Below, in pieces: positions 51,790 through 62,945 of a stretch of DNA of 64,000 nt. Both the position numbers and the translations under genes were made by a program. Origin of the DNA: Podospora anserina. Taxonomy: Eukaryota. The stretch covers positions 3,596,001-3,660,000 of the forward strand of contig CM030334.1 of assembly GCA_017654855.1 (NCBI GenBank). Reading direction: 5' to 3'. The number at the start of each line of letters is the position of its first letter. The first letter of the stretch is position 1. The notes beneath the pieces were generated by a model, which was not told the origin of the DNA, made no database searches, and saw only the letters and a program-made list of their open reading frames with translations.

Positions 51790-53728
51790 GATGTGAGTAC
51801 GATTCACACACTCAAAAACTCAAGCAGTATGGAAGAGATGGTTCACGAACGACTTGTGAAGAAGTTATCCTTTAGTGAAGCTGCCGAGTACTATGTAAGC
51901 TATATATGTTTCTGATCTACCTACCTATCTGCTCTTTCTGCTTTGGTAGTCCGGTGAGGCGAGTTGCAACCCTGAATACTTCGTCTTCACCTAAGTAGAT
52001 GATTTCGTACGGATGACTCGAAGTATACTCGGTCATTTCCATAACCCTTCTAGAAAGATTCCTCATTAAGCTCAGCTGGATTAGGTCAGCAACCGGTGAG
52101 TATGGTCTTTACCGCCAGATCTGACTCAGTATCTCCGCTCTTTTGAGTGTGTGCGACCAAAATCGCCTCCCAAAGAGGCGGGGGCAATAGTAGGGCTGTA
52201 ATCTCGTCAACTGTCACTACCTAGGTACCTAGATAAGAAGCTGAATTGCCACACGCCTGAGTTTAGTAAACCTGCATTGATTGAGAATCGGTGCCCAATC
52301 AGCCGGCGTTTCCGTGTTTGCCAAGTGGTTGGGACTTGTCCCTCTCCTCTGTTCGTGCACACACCATCATGAACATTTAAGCATAACACATGCGGGCCGT
52401 GGCGCAGTTTGAGCTCTAGAACACTTCCATGACGGAGGAAGGTGTACGCAAGGTAGGTATCCTAACCACGACGCTGCTCCGGCTCCGTTCCGTCTCTTTC
52501 TCTGGCAACGTGACATTGAATTCTCACTTGCATGCTAGGTACCTACCATAGGCACTGCATGTATGTCTGCCCTTGTTGTGTGATCATTTTCCACCTGCTG
52601 ATTGGTGGTGTGCTTCAAATACCCGCTTCCCCAGAGGCCTTACGGTGCATGAAACACAGTTGCTTGTGTGACGTCACATTGAAGGCATTGAGACCTAGCT
52701 AACCTTTCGATTCTTGTTTAGATTTTGGCAACAGTTCAACACCTTCCCGTGGGACTGTTTATCGTCTTCGAAAGCATGTGTAAGATCTCCGGAGATCCTA
52801 CCAACGACCCACTCTGCTTCAACCTTCCCTCAAGATGCCCGAAATTGCACTCTCATACAGGTATTGGAACGTGGGTGGGGAGGGAACATCGGGATGGATG
52901 TCGTGTAACCAAGAACCTCAGCTATTGATGCGCCAGGATCATGGTACGCAGATGTGACAGGCAATTAGAGGCGCAGAGAGGACTGCCGCAAGTCTCTCTG
53001 TGCCATATGTGAGCTTCCAGGTTTCCAGATGAGAAATGTCGCATTATTAATCATGACTAGTAAGCCATAACTCATCTTTGTACTGAAAATCGTCTCAAAC
53101 TTCAGATCATGATGTTGGGTCGTTGCTGGGTTAACACAGCCCCTGAACCCCTGAGTATGCGACCACTGGACCTTGAGTCTTGGTTCTGTCTCCACTTGAC
53201 TTTGGACTCCAACAGTCTCTTCACGGTCTACTCTTCCCCGAATTGCGCGCTCCCACTTCGACTGCTTTGTCATAGCCGCCGTATTTACATTTACTAACCT
53301 TCTGGAAAAATGTTCAACGGACAAAATAGAGCTGCCTGACGTTGTGCCGCCTGTGCCTCATTCCTAGCGGTTATACCCGCCGCTAGAATTCGGCGAGGCC
53401 AAAAAGATCAGTGCATTTGGAGCTGCGGCCTTAACGCTGGCTTGTGGCGGATTCATGGTTCGATCTGCGGCGTATCCACGTTGTACGGGTGTCCTGAAGC
53501 TTTATTCCACCCGTGCGGGATCGGTAGAGAGGTGTGTGCCGATTCGCTTCCGATGCTGGCCGAATTTATGTGCAACAAATGCGGAGTGAGTTGAAAGTAC
53601 GAACCTGACAAACATATCTTTCATGAATTTAGTGGTGCTAGTCTTCTCAATTTACGAATTCGGCTTCTGTCCATATTACTTCCCCAAGGTTCCAGCGCCC
53701 AGGTTGATCGAAGCCAGCCTTGGTTAAG

Positions 53729-54348
53729 CTATTGGCTGTGCTGTGTCTTGTAATGGCGGGGCACATTGTCCTTCCTTCCTCTATACCGGCAGCCAGGGAA
53801 TGGACAAGCCCCCTGTTCAGACGGAATATCATTTTCTTTTGCGTATTCGCTGTGTTCAGCCCAGATGTGGCGATTTCGAGCACGGGTTTCACCGCAGTTG
53901 ATGGCGCAAACTGGACACTGGAATTTGGGGTTCAAAGAACGACTTTGCTTTCTGAGTACCACGTAGGTGATTAGAAAATAAATAGACATCATGTTCATCA
54001 CATGTCATCCACTTACGTGGTGGTCTGAGTGCCAGCTGAGGTGTCAGGTCCAGTTTGCGGACACATGGAATACTGATATGCTTCGTCAGAGACAGGCTGA
54101 GAAGTAAAATTATCCTCCGAAACAAGCCCTTGCCCATTATATTGAGAAATATCATCTTGAAGATAGAAGGAATTGATAAAAGGTAACTGAGAAATTGAAT
54201 CACAATAATACCCTGAAGTTGTGGGAGTCTGCAGAGGAATGTTGAAGGGAGCTGAACTCGGAACTGTTGAAACATCCTGGAAACACGGGCAAGAAACGCC
54301 CCCACTGGAATACCGAGTAGGATCCTGGGCGCAAAACCAACAGATCAT
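53729..54348 (-). CDS. Two-finger C2H2 zinc-finger protein, paralogue B (phase-2 intron 53952-54016)
   Basis: Exon 1 MICWFCAQD..., exon 2 FQCPVCAINCGETRARNRHIWAEH...ACPFPGCRYRGRKDNVPRHYKTQH. Confidence 0.78.
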
Positions 54349-55511
54349 TTTAAGGTCGTTGCTGTACTCGAGAACTCATGAATAGGTATGGAAGCGCAGT
54401 GACAGGTGTTGTGATGTCTGCAGAGCCAATTCATGCTCGAAAGATCCCAAGTTTATGTATTTGTCGCTTTGAGGCTCTTAATGTCTATGGATGTGAGGTT
54501 CGTCACTCACCAAAATCTGATGTAGGCCTTATCTGTCTGTCGTTCAGTTCGAGCCCTAGTCCTCACCGCAATGGCAACTTTCAAATGGCTACCTAAGCGC
54601 CTCAACTTGATAGGAACATATAAAAAGTGTGCCTGGAAGACTGCATTTGCCCAACCAGAAGGCCCCGAAAGAAGTGGCCTGGGACAAGTCCCGTTGATGC
54701 TGACAGGTAGCTAACCGTCATGGTCCATTTTGGCAACGGCTACGCCACATATACACGTGAAGAATTCCCGAGGAATCCAAGATCTCGTGCCCAGTCTATT
54801 CTCGGTGCCATTGCGTCCTGGCCTTGTGTTTGGTAGTTCGGGATTTTGGCCCCCAACCCGTGAATTTGAGCCAGATCGGGAAACTCAAATCCCAGATGGT
54901 TCTCATCGAGCACTGCGCGTGTGTGGTACCTACCTACTCTCCCATCATAGCACTCTACAACAATTCAGCCAAATTGCTGTCAATTCGGGACCGATGTAGG
55001 ACGGAGAATTCTAACCGTCACTGCCATCCGCCTCACCGCCGTCTTACCTACGGCACCGCGCAGACCGTGCCTCCGCCTCAGAGCCTGATCTTGCCAACCA
55101 GGCACCAGTCAACATTCATTGTGAAGTCAAATGAAAGTCGGCAATATTTGTTGCCATATTTAGCAGCTCAACACCGAAATCTACCTATGTCCGTCAGCCG
55201 TTGTATGTTATGACCTTTGATCATGACCTGCCATTTTCAGTACGGCTAGAGACCCGTAGGAAGAGGCACAGGACGTTGAGGTGAAAGTTAGGATCTCGAG
55301 ACCGTTGTCATTCACAACTTGCAGATATTCACACACATCATCGCAGTGAAAAAAAGAAGAACGTCTCTCCATTGACGGCTACTTATAACTGTGGAGGTAT
55401 CACGGGTTATAGGCCCACCACGTCTTTTCCCTCAGGAGGTTCCATCGGGCAGAGTTGACTGAAGTAAATCTGACTCCAAAATCCAATAGTCTAGCGGCCA
55501 TAGCCCTAGTT

Positions 55512-56838
55512 TCATCCCTTTGTCAACTCCACAGGCCGCCCTACGCCTGTTTCCCTCCAACAACTACGCTTCACGAAGAGCTCCTGGAGTCGCGGAAACC
55601 ATCTCGATTGAATGGGGTTTATCATTTGCTGGTTTGCCATTTGGTTGAACTCTGCCTTCGACAGGGGAATGTAGAAGATTCTCAGGAATTCCAAATTGAC
55701 CGGCAACATCCAAATCAGAGCGATGCCCTGTTGTGGCCCATTGCTGTGGTTGTCGATCATCAACTCGAGCTTTCTCAGCCCTACGAATTGCGGAAGTACA
55801 TTGGTAACATGAATATTGCACGGGGTTTTGCTTTCATAGAAAGTAGAGATCGGTAAGGTGATAGACAGAGTATGCACAATATGCATCAGTGAAAGAAGAC
55901 TGCGAAAAAGCCGTCTATTTTGCGGGAGACTCGTGGTAAACAGTTCTGAAAGTCCTTTTGACCGTGCCAGGGTCTGAAGTCGCCGACAGCGACACCCTAT
56001 CGATCTGAAATCGGCTTCCAACATATCATCGACGCCTTAAAGCATGAGAGACCCGAGATGAGGAAACTTATGTCCAATGCTTGTCCTGAATCTCATTACG
56101 ATGTCTCCATCTGTCAAGCCTTGTCCAAGGTGACCATAATTAAACCCCTCCATAACAAAGTCTGAATATTTCGGCATTCCTTTGTTGGCTGGCCCAGGTT
56201 TACCAAGGGCGAAAAGACATCAAAGAGAGGTAATGTTTGGTTAAGAGCCACGTAGGGTTGCCTCAGACGGGTGATACAGGGGTCTGCGATTGTGTTGTAT
56301 AATCAAGGTGTCGAGCTGGGTAAATCTGGTCACAAGAAACCGAAGCGTGTGACCAATTTCTTCTGCCGTCCGAAGTGGTTCTGCGAAGGGGGTGGCCCTG
56401 AAGGTATTCGTGACGTATGGCTTGTTTAGATCAATTCCAACCCCGCAATCGCCAAAGTGTAGTTCGTTGACCAAGCAAGACTTAACCCCGGAAGCCAGTT
56501 CTTGATAGTCTGAAGAAGGCTACTGCCAAGGACATCCTATTTGAGCACACCCATGGGCCTTGAAAAGGGAGATTCCCATACATACGATAATCGGACAAGC
56601 AGATGTCTCGGTTTCTTTTGGATGTTCCGGCCAAGCCCAATAAATCCTTGCATGATGAAAACGGCGGGTTTAACTGCTCCCATCTGTTGGCATACACCGC
56701 CTTCGTCCAGTCCTCACAGAGCCAAGGGAGACGAATACTATTCATTGGCGCTTCGGGACATGCTGTGAGAGGATTACAAATTTGGAAAATCAACTCATTT
56801 GGAAGGCCGTCGAGATGAGGATAGCAGGTCGACTCCAT
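55512..56838 (-). pseudogene. F-box / leucine-rich-repeat-like pseudogene
   Basis: N-terminal LDGLPNELIFQIC and LRR-like FTQLDTLII, PNITSL, FPHLGSLML, LRKLEL, NLEFLRI, FPRLQELFV. Frameshift at about 56500 and three in-frame stops. Confidence 0.7.
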
Positions 56839-57392
56839 CTCCAGCTACAGCAGTTTTCAGCTCATGAGAAATGGATCAAATTTGGAGCTTGACGATAGGC
56901 AGCCTCAGAAATCAGCCATCACAAGGTAGGTGCCTAGATATATCTATGCCATGATGAACCACAAACGAAACGTCTTTCAAAACAAGACCTGGGAAGTCAT
57001 AACGGAAAGCAAACACAAGTGACTATTGACTGTATAGGACATATGACTCCCAGGACTCCCTCAGGTGAACGCCAGCAAGTTTATGTACAAAATAATGAAG
57101 ATTGCAACTAACCGTTCCGTGATAGAAGTTACTTACTACCCTGCCTACGTCCTCGAGCAGCAGTCTTCATTCTTTTGGCCCACAAAGCGGGCGGATAATT
57201 AGGGCACACTGTCTCATCACCCTTCGTGTAATCACTCGGCTCGCCAAGCCAGCCACTTTAACCGATGGGCACGACTCAAACAGGCGACACCTGTCATCCA
57301 GCTCATTGTTAATGTTGTATGTAAAATACTGATTGCAGCAGGAGCCTGTGGCTGACAAACAGGTAAAGCGATCGGTCAACGTTTGAGTGACC

Positions 57393-58283
57393 ATGGCCAG
57401 AGCGCTGGATCTCATCACACTCTCAGTGACTGTCGCCTTGAGCGCATACCTCGGTCCTATCCTTCTTAGTCACCTCATCTCCAAAGACGTCATCCACCAT
57501 CATCTCACCAATTTCAACCTATCATTCCTACCAACACCCCTTCTGTCACTCCTCCAGTCACCCCAAACAACAGACAAAACATGCCCAAAACACACCTACA
57601 CTACCCACCTCATATCCCTCGATCCCCTCCTAATCTACATCCCCAACTTTGTCTCCCAATCTGAATCCCAATCTCTAATCGACCTCTCAACCCCACTCCT
57701 CGAACCATCCCCCATCGTCTCCCGCGGCGCCGACTCTGCCGGCTCCCAAGCCCGAACCTCCTGGAGCGCCCCCTTACCAAGCGACTCCCACCTGGTAAAT
57801 TGCATCCTCTCCCGCTCCTCCTCCTTCCTTGGCACCCTCCTCTCCCCGGGCCGCGACGAAATGGGACCAGCCCAAGTAGTCCGCTACACGGACTCTCAAA
57901 AGTTCGACCTCCACACTGATTGGTTCTCCCGTCCAAGGATCACCGACGAGGACCGAGAGACGGGTAGACGGCGGCTGTACAACCGTGTTGCGACCTTTTT
58001 TGTGGTGCTGCAGAGCAATGTGACGGAGGGGTCGGGGGAGACTTGGTTTCCGAAGGTGAGACCGATTACGCCTCAGGCTGGAGAGGGAGACGAGGTGTGG
58101 AGGGAGCATGAGGACGGGGGGTTGGCTTTTAGGCCTGTTCCGGGGAATGCGATATTTTGGGTGAATTTGTTGGCGAATGGGACGGGGGATGCAAGGACTG
58201 CGCATGCTGGCTTGCCGGTGAAGGGAGGAGTCAAGACGGGGATGAATATTTGGCCGAGGGTGTTTTTTGGGCCTGACGCGTGA
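57393..58283 (+). CDS. Prolyl 4-hydroxylase alpha-like 2OG-Fe(II) dioxygenase, signal-anchored
   Basis: N-terminal TM, ISLDPLLIYIPNFVS, QVVRY, HTD, distal HAGLPVKGGVK..MNIW. Confidence 0.9.
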   Translation: MARALDLITLSVTVALSAYLGPILLSHLISKDVIHHHLTNFNLSFLPTPLLSLLQSPQTTDKTCPKHTYTTHLISLDPLLIYIPNFVSQSESQSLIDLSTPLLEPSPIVSRGADSAGSQARTSWSAPLPSDSHLVNCILSRSSSFLGTLLSPGRDEMGPAQVVRYTDSQKFDLHTDWFSRPRITDEDRETGRRRLYNRVATFFVVLQSNVTEGSGETWFPKVRPITPQAGEGDEVWREHEDGGLAFRPVPGNAIFWVNLLANGTGDARTAHAGLPVKGGVKTGMNIWPRVFFGPDA

Positions 58284-58745
58284 AGGGTGATTGTTGGGTT
58301 GTGTGTCGTGATTTTGTTTGGTGTTTTCATTTGTCTGGGTGTCGTCATGAGGGATGAGGCGAGGCACCGATGGGGACACGCTGCGTAGGTATTTTGCGGG
58401 GGGAGTTGATGCTGGAAGGCGCCAGATTTGTACGTGATTGACTGCTGCGTTATTTAGTCCTACGGTTTTCTCTTCTTTTTAGGTAGTTACTGTTCCACAT
58501 TTTGGCTCATACTTCGTCGAGGGTACCCATGAACAACTCAGATAAGATCATAAGCCACACCACAGGCATAGAGAGCCGATTCTATCACGAAGAAACCTTT
58601 ACTATAATGATCTTGAGATTTGCTGCTTATACCCTAAATAAACTCCATTCAAATACATAACCCTGAACCACCGACTCCACAATAGGGGCGAAAAGGGGCA
58701 AGTCGCCCCCACAAAATAGCACCCTTCCGTCTCCTCCTGACCTCT

Positions 58746-60246
58746 TCAAGCCTGCTTCTTCTCCGCCTTGAGAGCCTTAATAATCCTCTTCAAATCGTCA
58801 GCCCCATCCGCCTTGAAACCCTCAACTTCATCCAATGCCTTCTCAAACCACTCGACTGCCTCCTTCTTCTTGCCCCATGCTTGATACAAACGTCCCATAA
58901 TCTCATAGTAATCACCCATGTGAGGCAAAATCTCCTCCTCAGTCAAAGCTTGGATCATTTCCTTGTTGAGCTTGACTGCCTCGTCAAACTTCCCTTCCTC
59001 AACCAACTCCACGATTTCAGGGCCAAGGTCGTCAACTTTCTGGCGGCGGGCGTCTGAGGCAGCTAGAAGCTCTGGGGGGCCGGCACATAGGTTGCACGAG
59101 CAGTCGAAGCCCCAGAGTTTCTTGAGGCGGGGGAGACGGATTTTGGATTGGAGGTTGAAGGCGGTGTCTTGGTTGAGGTAAGCTACAGTTTTGACGAAGC
59201 GAGTAACAGAGAGAAGTGTATAACTCACAGCTGATTGTAATCTCTTCTCCCGGAAGAATATCCCGGAAAGCAGTGATGGTCTTGGAGAGCGCAGCGGCAT
59301 TGAATCGAGTGATGGCACTTGATTCATGTTAGCGAATCGTGACAAGTGAAGCGGAGAAAGACCTACTTTGGTTTACACGCATGATTCATTCTCTGGTAAG
59401 AAGGTTTTTGTCAGCAACAGGCTTCTTCTCGTGAATCCGGAACAGATGAATTGCAAGAGACTGCCCGAGGAAAAAAACAAACCAGAAAACCCTCACCGAA
59501 ACATCCGGAAACAGCGCGACATAACCATGCCCACCTGCTTCCACACTGAAACTATTCGTCTTCATGACATCCTCCGCAGCCGGCACATCCCCTGGTCTAG
59601 TGCTGCTCCTCGCCAACTTGAGCACCCTATCAGGGTAAGGCAACCGCACAACAGCCTCGCTGAGCAGCAACCTCCCCTGCTCCATTCTCAAATTCGCAGC
59701 AAAGTCCTTGTCTGCCATCAAAGTGGCGTAGTCAGTCATGAAGATCGACCCCTTTGGAATCTTCCTCGTGGCAATCAGCCCGAAACCCTTGCCATCAATC
59801 GTCCTGAGTGCATACGGTGGGTCTTCCAGGTCTTCGCCTACAGTAATGAAGTCATCTTTGGCCTTGGGAGACGCGAGGATGAGCTTCTCGATCTGGGCCA
59901 ACGAGGAAGAGGCGTTGTTTGACAAGGGGGCAATGATGCTGATTCCTCGTTTTGGTCCCTGGAACTTGGATGCGGTAAAGACGCAGTATGGTGTTCCTGC
60001 TTTGGTGTCCAAGCAGAATGGGGTGTGTGTCCAGGGTTTTTCCTGACCACTTTTGAGAGTCTCGTTGGACACAAAGGCGGTTTCACAAGATGGCAAGAGG
60101 TCGTGTTTGACGGGGCCTGGGAGACAGTCGTTTACATGTGATCTCAGGGGGGGCAAGACGTGCTGTTTTGGTGGCTGGGATTGAATATTTGCTGATGCTG
60201 TCCCCGAGAGGAGTAAGAGTGAGGTTGTCAGGATTGACAGCGCCAT
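58746..60246 (-). CDS. SET-domain protein with signal peptide, post-SET motif and TPR-like tail (3 introns)
   Basis: GKGFGLIATRKI, micro-exon RMNHACKP, AFRDILPGEEITISY, WGFDCSCNLC. Starts MALSILTTSLLLLSGTASA. Confidence 0.88.
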
Positions 60247-60542
60247 CTTGGAGGCGGTGGGGTGGGTAAGGCAATTAGATCAAGCTAGAATATTTCAGAA
60301 TAATTCGTGATGGTTTCAAAGTTGACCGCAAAATCATGTCATAAAACGATGGAGAATAAACGAAAGGACAAAACCAGAGCTCTGCCACCAAAAAGACACC
60401 ATTTTGAGCCTGCTCTTCACATATCTGTCCTAACTGTCACAGCCCGCTCCAAGAGTCTTGGAGTTCTTGGAATCTGGGATTCACCTGCCACTGGCCGTCT
60501 TGTGCGTCAGAAGTTGAGCGGCGAACCAGCAGTTTAGTACTA

Positions 60543-61626
60543 TTAGCCGCGGTAGCGATTCCTGTTGATCAGCAAAATGCCGTCCCTGACTGTGTCTTCG
60601 GATCATCCGACCGAACGCCAAGAGTCTGGGCGATTTCTGGGCATCTCTTCAGGTTGTAGATATGCTCATGCTAAGAAGGGCTAATGTGATAGAAGAACGG
60701 TATGATGGTAAGTCTTAGGTCCGATGAGGCTCTCCTTCTCCTACCAAGACCATTGACAGGTCCCCTATTATGGCGTATAAAGAACGTTCCCCCTGTTCTT
60801 ATTAGAAGTAGGATTTTCAACCTACCCATACGTCAGAGATCATGCCCTGACTTATAGACATTGTCCCAGGCATTCTATGACAAACCCGACCCAAACAACC
60901 ACATCCGATTCACGCGCTTACACTTCCTCATCTCATCCAACCTCCAGAGCAGTTTGATTCATGCGCTTAGGCGCCGTTTTCATCTCGAGATTCAAAAAAA
61001 CATCTCATGATCACAAGCAACGAATCTCGTTGAAGAAGATCAAAATCTCAGCATTCCGGCTAAATCATCACAGGTCAAACACGGCCTACGGGCCCCAAAC
61101 CGGGACACGATCCCGGATTTCTCTCTGAATCTCTCTCAAGCCGCGTCACTCTTGCCCATCGTCCTCATTTTGCCGGCTCAGTACTTGTATGTTCAAGATT
61201 GCAAATCCATCAGAGAGCAATATCCGCCGCCCGGGGTGTTGGGGAGGTCATTCTGTTTCAAACATTGGGCTGAGATGGCGAGAGTGAGAATACCCGCTGA
61301 TGGGCAGGATTGCAACCCAAGGCTTAATATCGGGCAAATTTACCCCACAATCTCGATACCGTTGCTCGTCGCTGCATGGTAACGTGGGGTCCTATTCTTC
61401 CAGAGTGACGCCAAGCAATGCCGGTACTTAACCACTCTTTTCTCCGGTAGATTGCCCATTCTGGGGCTGGCAATCTGGGGGTGGCGTATACTTGCGTGTA
61501 CATGGTGGTGTAAGACATCACTGACCGAGGCGTGTCGATGGCTGTATGGCTGATTGAAATCGGTGTTCATATCGACTTTATATGAGAAAAGGGGGCGAGG
61601 AAAAATGACTGTGTCAGGTATAAAAG
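60543..61626. promoter_or_regulatory. Xylanase promoter with putative XlnR/Xyr1 and CreA sites and a TATA box
   Basis: GGCTAA at 60543(-), 60679 and 61058 (GGCTAAA). SYGGRG (CTGGGG) at 61461 and 61475. TATAAAA at 61619. Confidence 0.5.
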
Positions 61627-61696
61627 GTTGGTGATAATCCCCTTGAATTGCTGATCATCACCACCCCAGTCAAGACACTTGGTTCTCACAGAAAAA

Positions 61697-62419
61697 ATGG
61701 TCTCTTTCACCTCCATCTTCACGGCCCTCGCCGCGGCGGCAACCGTTGTTGCCAGCCCTCTTGAGCTTGCCCTTCGTGGCATCCAGCCTGGTCAGGGCAC
61801 CCACGACGGCTACTTTTACTCTTACTGGACCGACGGTCAGGGGTCTGTCGACTACAATAACGGCCCCCGCGGCTCCTACAAGGTCAGCTGGAGGAACGTT
61901 GGCAACTGGGTTGGTGGTAAGGGCTGGAACCCAGGTCCCTCTCGCACCGTCGCCTATAACGGCACCTGGAACAACTACAACGTCAACAGCTGTATGTGTC
62001 TCCTCCTCTCCGACTCTTTCGTTCTCTCTCATGCACTCACTGACATAAACATAGACCTCGCCCTCTACGGCTGGACTGTCAACCCCCTCGTCGAGTACTA
62101 CATTGTGGAGGCCTACGGCACCTACAACCCCTCGGCCGGCACGACCAAGTTCCGCACTCTCCAGTCCGATGGCGGCACCTACGACGTCTATCGCACCCGC
62201 CGTGTGAACCAGCCTTCCATCCAGGGTACTGCTACCTTTGACCAGTACTGGTCTGTCCGCCAGGTCAAGCGCGTCGGCGGCACCATCTCTGTGCAGAACC
62301 ACTTCGACGCCTGGACTGCTTCCGGGCTGAAGCTCGGCAGCTGGAACTACATGATCATGGCGACTGAAGGTTATGGCAGCACCGGCTCGGCTGAGATTGA
62401 AGTGAGAGAGGTCCGCTAA
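61697..62419 (+). CDS. GH11 endo-1,4-beta-xylanase (intron 61992-62054)
   Basis: Signal peptide, [40 protein letters not shown]. Confidence 0.97.
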   Translation: MVSFTSIFTALAAAATVVASPLELALRGIQPGQGTHDGYFYSYWTDGQGSVDYNNGPRGSYKVSWRNVGNWVGGKGWNPGPSRTVAYNGTWNNYNVNSCMCLLLSDSFVLSHALTDINIDLALYGWTVNPLVEYYIVEAYGTYNPSAGTTKFRTLQSDGGTYDVYRTRRVNQPSIQGTATFDQYWSVRQVKRVGGTISVQNHFDAWTASGLKLGSWNYMIMATEGYGSTGSAEIEVREVR

Positions 62420-62945
62420 GTGGTTGATCTACAGTCATGGGACACACTTGTACATACTGGAAGCTTGGGAGGCGGTCAAAGGGCATGATGGTGGTCTGGT
62501 GGTGATGATGATGGTTGTGGTACGGGAATAACATCATGTCATGGTCAAGGTGGATACAGAAACTCACAAGGCCCCCCCCATCTCCATATCTACCCTGCCA
62601 ATTCCGAACTCCATCCAATTGCCGCCAAACTAGTCCGAATCCTGCTTAGGATCTCCATCGCGATTCATAATCCTAGGGACCTTTGAGGTGATTTGACCAA
62701 TCACAACCTCGAACTTTTGTTGATTGTTCGCCCACGTTGCATGAACTAACGCAGACACTATTTCTCGCTATTATTCCTTGGCGGTCGATTTGATGCCCGT
62801 CGGCATCGAGTTTGGGATCGATAACCCCCTCCTTTCCGCTGTCTCGGGATTGCTTTTTGATCCTTCGTGCTATCTCTTCCCGGTATTTTTTGGTCAGAGA
62901 TTCAAGAATCCGATACCTTTTTATTTTTATTTTGTTTTACCCACA

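Noticed and set aside
52965..53324. 119-aa ORF between the two C2H2 genes
   Set aside because: No recognisable features, so it cannot be supported as a gene.
41900..57300. Intact Starship, transposon or Spok/het locus
   Set aside because: No tyrosine recombinase, transposase, RT, HET, NACHT or Spok-like ORF recognised, and core genes are interleaved.
2785..62054. Four stop-free 3n introns (cytochrome b5, Ede1, frataxin, xylanase) suggesting regulated retention
   Set aside because: About the number expected by chance for roughly 40 short introns.
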